Source: Escherichia phage SusanneMuster_Bas79
Direction: 5' to 3' (one strand)
DNA: 46,874 bases
Sequence record: PQ850629.1
In this document: positions 1 through 8,799 of the stretch, in pieces
How positions within the stretch are numbered: the stretch's first letter is position 1
Layout: every line of letters starts with the position of its first letter
The notes under the pieces: generated by a model
The model's input: only the letters and a program-made list of their open reading frames with translations
Database searches by the model: none
What the model was told of the DNA's origin: nothing
Made by a program: the position numbers and the translations under genes

Positions 1-489
1 ATGTGCAGACGCGAAATGAAAATGCATGGTGCTACACAAAAAATCATACAAATGGTAGATGAAATGAAGCTAACAAAAAAACAACGCGAAGAGCTACGCA
101 TGAAGTTCGGTGGTCGCTGTGCTTATTGTGGGTGTGAGCTACCCGAGAAAGGTTGGCATGCAGACCATGTTGAACCAGTGCTACGTAAATCTGAGCAGTG
201 CATGAAGGCAGCGGCGAAAGGGATTTTCAAGCTGAAGGCAACCGGTGAGCTATATCGACCAGAAGCCGAGCGACTGGAAAACCTTTACCCTGCGTGCGCC
301 CCCTGCAATCTGATGAAAACTTCCTATTCCCTGGAAATGTTCAGGAAGCAGGTATCTCTTCAGGTTGCTCGTGGGCGCAAAAGCAGCATGAATTTCCGCA
401 CTGCAGAGCGTTTCGGTCTTATCGCCGTGGTGGAGAAACCAGTTGTTTTCTGGTTTGAGAAATACCAGGAAGAGAACGAAAAAAAATAA
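1..489 (+). CDS. HNH endonuclease (may be 5'-truncated by window edge)
   Basis: 162-aa ORF with HNH/zinc-finger signature CAYCGC...WHADHVEPV...CAPCN; directly upstream of terminase genes, as in many cos-type phages. Confidence 0.75.
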   Translation: MCRREMKMHGATQKIIQMVDEMKLTKKQREELRMKFGGRCAYCGCELPEKGWHADHVEPVLRKSEQCMKAAAKGIFKLKATGELYRPEAERLENLYPACAPCNLMKTSYSLEMFRKQVSLQVARGRKSSMNFRTAERFGLIAVVEKPVVFWFEKYQEENEKK

Positions 490-610
490 ATGTGTTTATG
501 ATGCTCTGTTGGCAAGCGCGATAATGATGGTGTACAATAAACGCATAACCACCATTGCTTTCACTCATATCATCACCCAACCTTTAACCCGCCTTGTGCG
601 GGTTCTTTTT

Positions 611-633
611 TATCTACGTCTATGTGTTAAAAT
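611..633 (+). promoter_or_regulatory. promoter region upstream of small terminase: conserved box plus extended -10
   Basis: TATCTACGTCTA (611-622) followed by TGTTAAAAT (625-633). Confidence 0.35.
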
Positions 634-669
634 TAGCGTATGTGAGTTACTCAAAGAACACAAAAAGAC

Positions 670-1113
670 ATGGCGAATCCAAATCCAAAACACAAGTTTT
701 CCTCTACAAATCAACCGCCTCCGCGCGGTAAGAGTTATCGCACAGTGCTGCTTGAGGCGCTTCGTGCTGCAAATACACCGATGAATGAGATTGAATTCGT
801 CACGTATTACATCAATAGGGCCATGACATGCGAAGACGCTCAGGCAACTGGTATGCTTCGAGAGATATTCCTGCGGCTCAACCCAATTCCTAAGCCTGTA
901 GCTCCTCCTGTGGAGTTTGACTTCCCTGCTGACGGAACTCCGGTTCAGAAAATGGATGCAATCATCAAGGGTGTATCCACTGGCGTTGTGCCTGCTGACA
1001 TAGGCAAGATGATGGCTGACATTATCAAGTCTGGCCTTGATATTCAGGAAATCACCGAACTCGCCGCGCGACTTGAGCGACTGGAGAAATTACTGGAGCA
1101 GCAGAATGCGTGA
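670..1113 (+). CDS. terminase small subunit
   Basis: 147 aa; N-terminal NPNPKHKFSSTNQPPPRGKS resembles small-terminase N-termini; sits immediately upstream of large terminase. Confidence 0.55.
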   Translation: MANPNPKHKFSSTNQPPPRGKSYRTVLLEALRAANTPMNEIEFVTYYINRAMTCEDAQATGMLREIFLRLNPIPKPVAPPVEFDFPADGTPVQKMDAIIKGVSTGVVPADIGKMMADIIKSGLDIQEITELAARLERLEKLLEQQNA

Positions 1114-1253
1114 TGTTGTTACGTGGTGCTTTGTGGCATCTATCGCTATGAGCATGATCAGCGTCATTACGCCATCGGGAGATTTTGCTGTAAGCATATT
1201 CGGTTTTATGTTCTGGATATCAGGATGGGTTATCGCTTGGGGGCGGATTCGAT

Positions 1254-2678
1254 ATGGCTCGTAAACGACTCTCCGCGCTGGCAATCGAAAAACTTGAACA
1301 GGTAGTTGGCAACTCAACTGCAAAGCCTGAATCAGCAGTTTTTGGGCTTGTAGATAAGTTACTTCAGGATGGTTCTCCCAGTGTCGTAAAGCGACTTAAG
1401 ATGACAGCCACTGGGGTATCTGAAACTGATGAAGAGCCAACAATATTAATTCCTGAGCGGATGGAGCTTATCCTTTACCCACGGCGCTTTAAGGTGTTTT
1501 ATGGTGGTAGGGGCAGTTCCAAGAGCCGAACGTGTATATCCTACCTTATCGAAAAGGCAAGGTTCCGCAACAGTCGCGTTGGTTGTTTTCGTGAGATACA
1601 GAACTCAATCAAAGAATCAAGCTATGCAGAGCTGGTCGATGAGATAAACAGGAAGGGGCACGCTCAGGAATATCGTTGCGTTGATGGTGAGATAACGCAC
1701 CACTCAACGAGATCAAAGTTTGTTTTCCGTGGACTGTGGCGAAATATAACCGCCATCAAGGGTATGGCTGGTCTGACTGATGTATTCTGCGAAGAGTCTG
1801 AAAACATCAGTCAGGTGTCATGGGATACGCTGATTCCAACAGTTCGCGCCGCTGGCTCTGAAATTATTATTGTTTTTAACCCAAATAAAGAGACAGACCC
1901 GACGTGGACTAACTTTGTTGAGCCTTACATCGACAAGATGGTTGATGGCATATATCAGGATGATGACATAGTTGTTGTTAATGTTAACTACGTCCACAAC
2001 CCGTGGTTCACGGAAGAACTTAAACAGCATATGAACCAGATGAAGGCGGTGGATTATGACCGCTATCTGTGGGTGTATGAAGGATTATTCAACAAGCGGT
2101 CTGAGGAAGCTGTGCTTGGCGGGAAATGGCAAACGCTGGACTTCGAGCCATCTCCCGAATGGGGAGGGCCATATTATGGCATTGACTTTGGTTTTTCTCA
2201 GGATGCAACCGCAGCAACAGAATCATATGTAGAAGATTTGGGAGATGGGCGCAGAAATCTATATATCTATCGTGACTTTGCAAAGGTTGGCCTTGAGATA
2301 ACTGACACGCCAGAAGCGATGCGCTCAGCATTCCCAAATTCAGAGAAGTACAGGTGGTATGGGGATTGCGCAAGGCCTGAAACAATAAGCCATATACGAC
2401 GATCTGGATTCGATATTCATCCGTGCGCAAAATGGCCGGGTAGCATTGAGGACGGGATTACGTGGCTGCGTGGGTGTGACAGAATTTACGTACACTCAAG
2501 ATGTAAGCACGTCATTGAAGAGATGACAATGTACAGCTACAAGGTGGATAAATTAACAGGAAACATACTCCCTGACATAGTTGATAAGTACAATCACGCG
2601 ATTGATAGCCTACGCTATGGCCTTGGTGACCACATCGTTCAGCGCGGTAGCGGAATGCTAATCCGGCGCAGGCGATAA
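1254..2678 (+). CDS. terminase large subunit
   Basis: 474 aa; Walker A-like FYGGRGSSKSRT near N-terminus; size and position typical of TerL. Confidence 0.9.
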   Translation: MARKRLSALAIEKLEQVVGNSTAKPESAVFGLVDKLLQDGSPSVVKRLKMTATGVSETDEEPTILIPERMELILYPRRFKVFYGGRGSSKSRTCISYLIEKARFRNSRVGCFREIQNSIKESSYAELVDEINRKGHAQEYRCVDGEITHHSTRSKFVFRGLWRNITAIKGMAGLTDVFCEESENISQVSWDTLIPTVRAAGSEIIIVFNPNKETDPTWTNFVEPYIDKMVDGIYQDDDIVVVNVNYVHNPWFTEELKQHMNQMKAVDYDRYLWVYEGLFNKRSEEAVLGGKWQTLDFEPSPEWGGPYYGIDFGFSQDATAATESYVEDLGDGRRNLYIYRDFAKVGLEITDTPEAMRSAFPNSEKYRWYGDCARPETISHIRRSGFDIHPCAKWPGSIEDGITWLRGCDRIYVHSRCKHVIEEMTMYSYKVDKLTGNILPDIVDKYNHAIDSLRYGLGDHIVQRGSGMLIRRRR

Positions 2679-2694
2679 ATCCGCATAACCACAC

Positions 2695-2734
2695 TTGACC
2701 AATCTACACCGAGCGCATAGTATAATCTACATCA
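2695..2734 (+). promoter_or_regulatory. promoter with two conserved boxes
   Basis: TTGACC (2695-2700), box AATCTACACC (2701-2710), TATAAT (2721-2726) overlapping second box AATCTACATCA (2724-2734). Confidence 0.4.
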
Positions 2735-2754
2735 TGCTTACCGGAGATATTACT

Positions 2755-2961
2755 ATGCGCAGCTATGCAGGATTCACACAGGAGGAAAAAGAGCAGGTTT
2801 ATTCACTGGCGCGCGCTGGTGTGCCTGATGAGGTGATTTGCCGTCGGTATGACATCGACGAGGATTTTCTGCTGCGCGTTCTGGATGATGTCTTCGTTAA
2901 CCTGCAAGAGAGGCGCGGGTACAAGGGTATCTGCTGCAAGAATGATTTTTTGAGAGGGTAA
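2755..2961 (+). CDS. hypothetical protein (68 aa)
   Basis: ORF in frame with ATG at 2755 preceded by GGAGA; unusual position between terminase and portal. Confidence 0.4.
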   Translation: MRSYAGFTQEEKEQVYSLARAGVPDEVICRRYDIDEDFLLRVLDDVFVNLQERRGYKGICCKNDFLRG

Positions 2962-2962
2962 T

Positions 2963-3370
2963 GTGTTTAATAATAAATTAAAGAAAAGAATCCGTGACGC
3001 TGCGGATAAGAAATACACCAAAAAGATTGACATATCATTCATCGACGGTGCTGGATTGTACAATCACGCCTGCCACCTGAATGCAGTGAACCGTGCGCGG
3101 GATGGTAGCTCGTGCGCAGTGGTTGAGGTGGTTATAATTAATGATGATGGCGCAACAGCTCATTACATCAATATGCAGTCGGACGGTTCTTATGTTGATT
3201 ACACGCTCGGCTGGCACTGGTCTGGCGCTGATTACCGATTTGTGCGATTTGTTCCGTTTACTGAATGGTCGGATATTACAGGCTCGTTAAGCAGACTGAA
3301 GGCCGGGCTGTGCAGGTCAGTGGCTAAATGGCAGAAGTTGTTGATGATAACTGATGGTGAACTTTGCTGA
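2963..3370 (+). CDS. hypothetical protein (135 aa)
   Basis: ORF abutting the upstream gene; no recognisable motif. Confidence 0.45.
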   Translation: MFNNKLKKRIRDAADKKYTKKIDISFIDGAGLYNHACHLNAVNRARDGSSCAVVEVVIINDDGATAHYINMQSDGSYVDYTLGWHWSGADYRFVRFVPFTEWSDITGSLSRLKAGLCRSVAKWQKLLMITDGELC

Positions 3371-3379
3371 GGTGATGTG

Positions 3380-3553
3380 ATGAAAATCGAAGGTGATTAC
3401 GGGCAGTATATTATGATTGATAAGGATTTTGAATACGGAAGCGATCTACTAGTTGTCAGGCAGACAGGTGATGTAATAGTTGTTGCAATTGAGCAAGCAG
3501 AGCAACTAATCGAAGTCCTGCAACGCTGGGTTAATGGTGAGGAGATTGAGTGA
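3380..3553 (+). CDS. hypothetical small protein (57 aa)
   Basis: ATG at 3380, stop at 3551-3553 overlapping next start; below the 60-aa ORF track cutoff, translated by hand. Confidence 0.3.
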   Translation: MKIEGDYGQYIMIDKDFEYGSDLLVVRQTGDVIVVAIEQAEQLIEVLQRWVNGEEIE

Positions 3554-3738
3554 TGAGCGTTTATTTTATTCATGCTGAAGTGCTTGGTGGTGGCGATATT
3601 GTTACCAAGGTTTGCGCGATAGCTACGACATCAAACGCCAATGAAGCGTTTGATTGGTTTTTAGGTCAGGAATTGGTTGCAAAATACGAAATAAAAGGCT
3701 ACGACGTCATCATTGATAAACTTGAAAAGGTGGAGTGA
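3550..3738 (+). CDS. hypothetical protein (about 61 aa; ATG at 3553 likely the true start)
   Basis: ORF track entry; stop/start overlap with neighbours. Confidence 0.4.
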   Translation: MMSVYFIHAEVLGGGDIVTKVCAIATTSNANEAFDWFLGQELVAKYEIKGYDVIIDKLEKVE

Positions 3739-3938
3739 TGGATAGAAAACATCTTCACGAAATGGCGGTCGAACTTAGAAAAAACTTTGAGAGCATCTGG
3801 TTTGATAGTCATGATAAATTCAATAAGCAGTATCAGGTTTACGCAAAATGCAGAGGGTTAGTGATTGGTGATAGAATGGAAAATGCCGTACTCCATCATA
3901 GCAACGCCACTATGCACAGGCGAGCATTCGACTACTGA
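3735..3938 (+). CDS. hypothetical protein (67 aa)
   Basis: ORF with overlapping start; followed by hairpin terminator. Confidence 0.4.
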   Translation: MMDRKHLHEMAVELRKNFESIWFDSHDKFNKQYQVYAKCRGLVIGDRMENAVLHHSNATMHRRAFDY

Positions 3939-3950
3939 TACCATGCTATA

Positions 3951-3980
3951 ATCCCATCCAACGTGATGGGATTTTTTATT
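3951..3980 (+). terminator. rho-independent terminator
   Basis: stem ATCCCATC / GATGGGAT with 6-nt loop followed by TTTTTATT. Confidence 0.55.
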
Positions 3981-3988
3981 GGTGACAT

Positions 3989-5401
3989 ATGTCAAAAATT
4001 GATGCATTAAACGCCTATATACGCGACCGCGTGGCGAACAATAACCGGGCGCTTCAGCAGCAGCGGCTTTGTGCTGGCGGGAAGAATCTGGACCAGAAAC
4101 GTGAGTTCATGTGGAAGGAACTGGGCTACCCGCAGGAAATAACCGCCGAGATGTTCCGCTATGCATACGAGCGACATCCAGCCGCCGCCGCTGGCATTAA
4201 CCGCATTATTAATAAATGCTGGCAGAAATATCCTGAAGTGGTCGAAGATGGCGAGGATGATAAGAACTCAACGCCGTGGGAGTTGTCCATCAACGATATG
4301 ATGAAGCGTGCCTATCCGTTCATCAAAGAGGCCGACAAGCGCAACGCCATCAACAGATACTCCGCTGTTATCCTGCAAATCCGCGATGGTCGCCAGTGGA
4401 GTGAGCCGGTAGACATCACCAAAACCCGCCGCATTAAAGATAAATCCATTGTTCGCTTTATCCCAGTATGGGAAGAGCAACTCCGCGTCAGCGCATGGAA
4501 TAACGATGAAACAAGTGAAGACTACGGCATGCCTGAGATGTACGAATATCAGGAAAGCGCCGTAGAGGATTTCGATAGCGACGGCAAGCCTGAGCGTTCC
4601 GTGCAGATTCATCCTGATCGCATTATCATTCTGGCAGAGGGTAGCTTCGATGGCAGTATGTTCAGTGGCATCCCGATGCTACGTGCTGGCTACAACAGCC
4701 TTATCGACATGGCTAAGGTTTCCGGTAGTTCAGCAGAAGGCTTCCTGAAGAATGCCAGCCGTCAACTGGCTGTTAACTACACGAAGGACAACGTAACGCC
4801 AGCAAGCCTTGCACAGTCAATGGGTGTATCTCAGGATGAGCTTATTGACATCATGAATGACAATATCGAGATGCTGAATTCTGGCATTGACGCTGCACTA
4901 TTTAGCATGGGCGCCGAGACTCAGGTGTTATCCGTAACGCCAGCTGACCCGAAACCAACATGGGAAGTGGCTGCCAACCAGTTCGCTGCATCAATGGCGC
5001 TTCCGTTCACCGTCATTTTCGGGCAGCAAACCGGACGCCTTGCGAGTGATGAAGACAAGATGCAGGAGGCGATGACTGCCAAGCAGCGCCGAGAAACATG
5101 GGTGGATTATGTTATCTCAATGTTCGTTGAGCGCATGATTCAGTTCGGCATCGTCGATAAAGCACCGGAAAATGGCTACAAGGTTAAGTGGGACGACCTG
5201 CTTGCTCCATCAGAGCTGGATAAGGCGGAGTTGCTGTCTAAGCTCGCCACTGCGAACAAGTCGTTCTTTGATGCTGGTCAATCTGCGTTGCTTACCGTCG
5301 ATGAGGCTCGCGGCATGGTTGGTATGGAGCCGATTGAACTTGATGAAAGTTATCGCGAAGACACGCCACCGGAAGATGAAAATGAAGATACTCCGGTTTA
5401 A
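3989..5401 (+). CDS. portal protein
   Basis: 470 aa; position between packaging genes and Mu-F-like head morphogenesis gene; acidic C-terminus; assignment mainly by synteny and size. Confidence 0.65.
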   Translation: MSKIDALNAYIRDRVANNNRALQQQRLCAGGKNLDQKREFMWKELGYPQEITAEMFRYAYERHPAAAAGINRIINKCWQKYPEVVEDGEDDKNSTPWELSINDMMKRAYPFIKEADKRNAINRYSAVILQIRDGRQWSEPVDITKTRRIKDKSIVRFIPVWEEQLRVSAWNNDETSEDYGMPEMYEYQESAVEDFDSDGKPERSVQIHPDRIIILAEGSFDGSMFSGIPMLRAGYNSLIDMAKVSGSSAEGFLKNASRQLAVNYTKDNVTPASLAQSMGVSQDELIDIMNDNIEMLNSGIDAALFSMGAETQVLSVTPADPKPTWEVAANQFAASMALPFTVIFGQQTGRLASDEDKMQEAMTAKQRRETWVDYVISMFVERMIQFGIVDKAPENGYKVKWDDLLAPSELDKAELLSKLATANKSFFDAGQSALLTVDEARGMVGMEPIELDESYREDTPPEDENEDTPV

Positions 5402-6335
5402 CGCAAGACTTCCGCAGCCGCGCATATCGCAGAGCCTGACCGACCCGTTAGGCGCTGCAACCCGCATGTCGAAGATGGACAAGGTGATAACGCGCAAATA
5501 TAAGCAACTCAGGACTCGTGCGCTTGAGTTGTTTCGCACCATTCCGCATAGTCAGACTAACGCAGAATCAAGCGGTCTGTATTTCTATGATTTCAGTAGT
5601 GCGCGCGCCGCTACTTTCATGGATGAGTTGCAGGCGCTGATTGACGAGATTCTGCTGGAAGGTGACGACTTCAGTCACGGCAGGATGTGGGCCAATGTGT
5701 TCATCGGTGATGCGTATCAGGCAGGAACGCAGAAGGCCAACTCTGAACTATCAAGCCTGTCTCCGGTTTATGCCGAGCAAAGGCCTATTGCCGCGATACT
5801 CTACAGTGAGCCATATCTGAATCGGCTGCGGCTTGCGTATACAGCTGGTTACTCGGACTGGCGAGGATTGAGTGATTACTCACGCCAACAACTGGCATCC
5901 GTCATTATGGAAGGCATTGCCCGTGGTGCCAATCCTCGAGATGTTGAGGCTGATATTGTTAAGCGTGTTGACGTGTCACATAGTTACGCGAAGCAGATAG
6001 CGCAGACTGAAATCACCGGAACGCTGCGGCAGGCTAACAGGAGAGAAGTCATTGAGGCTCGCGAGGAATTAGGTATTGAAACGGTGATGCTGTGGCAATC
6101 GGCATTATTGCCTGGTCGAACGAGATTTACTCACGCGGCACGGCACGGGCGGTTTTACGCGCCAGAGGAGATTGACACGTTCTATAGCGAGAATGGCAAT
6201 AGATATAATTGCCACTGTGCACAAGTACCAACATTGATAATGGATGGCAAGCCAGTCATTCTTGAGTCGTCGCAGGAAAGGCTTGATAAGCAGCGTGAAG
6301 CGTGGCAATCAGCCAATAAAAAGCCCTCTAAGTGA
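5376..6335 (+). CDS. head morphogenesis protein (Mu F / SPP1 gp7 family)
   Basis: C-terminal motif [16 protein letters not shown] resembles the conserved R-x-R-x2-H-x3-G core of the Mu F family; ORF track extends upstream to 5172 but overlaps portal, so ATG 5376 (or 5343/5382) is the likely start. Confidence 0.7.
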   Translation: MKMKILRFNARLPQPRISQSLTDPLGAATRMSKMDKVITRKYKQLRTRALELFRTIPHSQTNAESSGLYFYDFSSARAATFMDELQALIDEILLEGDDFSHGRMWANVFIGDAYQAGTQKANSELSSLSPVYAEQRPIAAILYSEPYLNRLRLAYTAGYSDWRGLSDYSRQQLASVIMEGIARGANPRDVEADIVKRVDVSHSYAKQIAQTEITGTLRQANRREVIEAREELGIETVMLWQSALLPGRTRFTHAARHGRFYAPEEIDTFYSENGNRYNCHCAQVPTLIMDGKPVILESSQERLDKQREAWQSANKKPSK

Positions 6336-6349
6336 GGGCTTGGTTTTAT
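6322..6349 (+). terminator. rho-independent terminator
   Basis: stem AGCCCTC / GAGGGCT followed by TGGTTTTAT; overlaps stop codon of head morphogenesis gene. Confidence 0.5.
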
Positions 6350-6357
6350 CTTATCAG

Positions 6358-6435
6358 CATACACAGAACGAATATTATTATCGCATACACAGAACGAATA
6401 TTATTATCGCATACACAGAACGAATATTATTATCG
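6358..6435. repeat. tandem direct repeat, 3 x 26 bp (CATACACAGAACGAATATTATTATCG) plus partial flanking copies
   Basis: three perfect consecutive copies read directly from the sequence, in a convergent intergenic region. Confidence 0.9.
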
Positions 6436-6470
6436 CATAGCACAATATCTCTACGACGCTGAATATTGTT

Positions 6471-7079
6471 TTAATCATCAAGTTTCACGCCGGGAATTTT
6501 GCCTGCTGCGATGGCTTCATAAATTAGCTTAGCCTCATCCTCGCGCTTGTAATCTTGCGCTACCATTTCTAATACCGCGCAGATAGATTCAAGTACAGCC
6601 TCATGCTTCCTTTCTGCTTCTGTGCGAAATGGGATGAAAACATCCTTATTGGATGGGGTTATTGCGTAGTAAATCTCACCAGATGGTCTGATAACTATTT
6701 TTTCGCCATCAAGACCAATAACCTTGACTTTTCCCCATGACGTTCCGTTGCTGATATACTCACATTCACACCCAACTGGCGGCAGTCCTTCTCCGTTCCA
6801 TGCTGAATTTTTCGATGCTGCGAGTGCTGCTTTGTATTGCCAATAGGTTACTATCGACTCCTTATGGTCGGAAGATAATTGCGTAGCCCATTCTTCTCCA
6901 TACCAGAAATGCACAAGGCTATTTCCTGTGTGATGTTTCCATGAGAACCCATCATAGTGTGGGTCATTTGTGTCCCATGCGCACAGCGAACCGTCATTAT
7001 CTTGAGTAATTGACAGCGCGTTTTGAGGCCACCAACCACGCTTAGGCAATTCTTGAACTAACAGGTCGATAAGTTTCAT
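6471..7079 (-). CDS. hypothetical protein (202 aa, Trp-rich)
   Basis: long ORF on minus strand, first of a leftward cassette between head and lysis genes. Confidence 0.5.
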   Translation of the reverse strand: MKLIDLLVQELPKRGWWPQNALSITQDNDGSLCAWDTNDPHYDGFSWKHHTGNSLVHFWYGEEWATQLSSDHKESIVTYWQYKAALAASKNSAWNGEGLPPVGCECEYISNGTSWGKVKVIGLDGEKIVIRPSGEIYYAITPSNKDVFIPFRTEAERKHEAVLESICAVLEMVAQDYKREDEAKLIYEAIAAGKIPGVKLDD

Positions 7080-7091
7080 TTTTGTTCTCCG

Positions 7092-7307
7092 TTAATAATT
7101 TGGCTTTACGTCTTTCATTGTTAGTGGCTTCCATCCACTTGCGATTGCAATATCAATACAATCCTCAAGCGTTTCAGCTTTTATTGGCTCACCAACTTCA
7201 CTATCATCAAATTTTCTCTGTATTTGATAGCCATCTACGACATAAAGAATCTCTACAGAACCATGTAGTGTGTGCATCGACTCAAGCCATTGCAGGTGGT
7301 AGCTCAT
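7092..7307 (-). CDS. hypothetical protein (71 aa)
   Basis: ORF with 4-nt overlap to upstream gene. Confidence 0.4.
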   Translation of the reverse strand: MSYHLQWLESMHTLHGSVEILYVVDGYQIQRKFDDSEVGEPIKAETLEDCIDIAIASGWKPLTMKDVKPNY

Positions 7308-7585
7308 TTTGTTCCCCCTAATGCCTTATTAACCGCAGCACGCGCATTATCTAGAGCGCGGCGCTTACTTGATGTTGTCCAGACTTTGCCGGAGTGGTCG
7401 TCGTAGATTTCCAGTAGTTGCTGGAGTGCTGATAGCATGGCCTTGTTATTATCGTGGCAATACCCAACAGAAAAGCCATGCCATAATTCATCCTTTTCTC
7501 TATCGGTCATGTCGCCAAACCCAACCGAATCAAACCATTCAATAAATAATTGGTACACTTCGCGTTGCGTCATTATCAACCTCAC
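7304..7585 (-). CDS. hypothetical protein (ATG at 7573 gives 89 aa)
   Basis: ORF on minus strand; track start is an alternative codon. Confidence 0.4.
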   Translation of the reverse strand: MRLIMTQREVYQLFIEWFDSVGFGDMTDREKDELWHGFSVGYCHDNNKAMLSALQQLLEIYDDHSGKVWTTSSKRRALDNARAAVNKALGGTK

Positions 7586-7725
7586 TTAATATATTCAATA
7601 ATCTCAACTTCACGCATCTGCACCAGACTAAATGGCGCAACCACTTTGCCGCATGGGCGGATTTTGATTTGCTCAAGGCCGAACATTCCGCAGCGTCCGT
7701 TTTCTTTGAATTTGACCATTACCAT
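7582..7725 (-). CDS. hypothetical small protein (47 aa)
   Basis: hand-translated ORF (MVMVKFKENGRCGMFGLEQ...), first gene after the divergent promoter. Confidence 0.3.
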   Translation of the reverse strand: MVMVKFKENGRCGMFGLEQIKIRPCGKVVAPFSLVQMREVEIIEYIK

Positions 7726-7740
7726 AATTTCTTCCTCACT

Positions 7741-7830
7741 CATCGTTTGATGTAGATACTATGCACCACCACTCAATCTACGTCAATAGCCATTGTGATA
7801 GAATTAATCATTATTTGAACAGGAGGCAGA
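7741..7830. promoter_or_regulatory. divergent promoter region with two conserved boxes
   Basis: TGATGTAGAT (7748-7757, reverse orientation) and AATCTACGTCAA (7775-7786); extended -10 TGATAGAAT (7796-7804); AGGAGG before ATG 7831. Confidence 0.45.
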
Positions 7831-8109
7831 ATGAAACTATCGCAACGCGGCATGGAGGTGTTTGGAATTACCGATGCCGTAGATATATCGCCTTACATCA
7901 CCACTGAGACAACACAGAATCAGTTTGATGCGCTGACAAGCCTTGCCACCGACATCGGCATTGACTCGTTCCGCAAATCAACGCTTCTGAAGAAACACAA
8001 TCTCCGCTGCTTCTCATGTGTCGTCGCGCATTTCATCGTGTGGGGTGAGAAGACTGGCGACAAAGCAAAATGCAAGGCTGAAAAAGAGGTTTACTGGTAT
8101 GGCTATTAG
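7831..8109 (+). CDS. degenerate lysozyme-like protein (P22 gp19-type fragment lacking catalytic core), possibly a remnant
   Basis: N-terminus MKLSQRG and segment NQFDALTSLATDIGIDSFRKSTLLKK resemble lysozyme N-terminus and the conserved NQ-[FY]-DAL...STLL-[RK]-K region, but the E-G-x-R-L / TIGYGHT catalytic segment is absent; overlaps next gene by 11 nt. Confidence 0.45.
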   Translation: MKLSQRGMEVFGITDAVDISPYITTETTQNQFDALTSLATDIGIDSFRKSTLLKKHNLRCFSCVVAHFIVWGEKTGDKAKCKAEKEVYWYGY

Positions 8110-8563
8110 CAAAAACATGAAGGCGTTTCTGGATATGCTGGCGTACAGCGAGGGCACTGATAACGGGCGGCAGAAAACCAATAATCATGGTTATGATGTG
8201 ATTGTTGGCGGCTCACTGTTTACCGACTATTCCGATCACCCGCGCAAGCTGATTAGCCTGCCTAAGCTGGGCATCAAATCCACTGCCGCCGGGCGCTATC
8301 AGGTGCTGGCTAAATTTTATGATGCGTACAAAAAGCAACTGCGCCTGCCTGACTTCTCCCCCGCGTCACAGGACGCTATCGCAATGCAACTAATCCGTGA
8401 ATGCAAAGCCACCGCCGATATTGAGACTGGTCGCATTGCTGATGCTATCCATAAATGCCGCTCCCGCTGGGCTTCATTACCGGGCGCTGGCTATGGTCAG
8501 CATGAGCAGAAGCTGGATAAGTTGATTCAGGTATACAAAGAGGCTGGCGGAGCTGTGGCATGA
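8099..8563 (+). CDS. endolysin, lambda R-type lytic transglycosylase
   Basis: MAISKNMKAFLDMLAYSEGTDNGRQKTNNHGYDVIVGG...FTDYSDHPRK...WASLPGAGYGQ closely parallels phage lambda R along its length. Confidence 0.9.
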   Translation: MAISKNMKAFLDMLAYSEGTDNGRQKTNNHGYDVIVGGSLFTDYSDHPRKLISLPKLGIKSTAAGRYQVLAKFYDAYKKQLRLPDFSPASQDAIAMQLIRECKATADIETGRIADAIHKCRSRWASLPGAGYGQHEQKLDKLIQVYKEAGGAVA

Positions 8564-8799
8564 AAAAGCTAAGCAACTGGCTGCTCGGCGCGTGGATTTC
8601 ATTCTGCTCACTATTGCAGCTATGGCCTGATGCAATGATGCACGTGTGGGTAATGATGCCGGACGACCTGAAAGCGGCGCTACCGCCAATCGTGGTCAAA
8701 GGTGTAAGCTACTCCATCATGCTGGTTGGTATTCTCGGAAAAATGCACGGCATGAGGAAGGAGAACCGGAGGCTGCGCAATGATGTCAATTCTCGCTAA
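8560..8799 (+). CDS. putative holin or small membrane protein
   Basis: 79 aa with two hydrophobic segments (WLLGAWISFCSLL, VSYSIMLVGILG) and basic C-terminus; lies between endolysin and spanins. Confidence 0.35.
   Translation: MKKLSNWLLGAWISFCSLLQLWPDAMMHVWVMMPDDLKAALPPIVVKGVSYSIMLVGILGKMHGMRKENRRLRNDVNSR

Noticed and set aside
5172-5375. Upstream extension of the head morphogenesis ORF overlapping the portal gene
   Set aside because: Lies within the portal coding frame region; in-frame ATGs at 5343/5376/5382 near the portal stop are far more plausible starts.
6358-6435. Possibility that the tandem repeats are a CRISPR array
   Set aside because: Repeats are directly adjacent with no intervening unique spacers; no cas genes. 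Not CRISPR.
6244-6532. Two + strand ORFs (6244-6462, 6332-6532) running through the 26-bp tandem repeats
   Set aside because: Their translations are just the repeat read in frame (NEYYYRIHRT repeated); they are artefacts of the tandem repeat, not genes.
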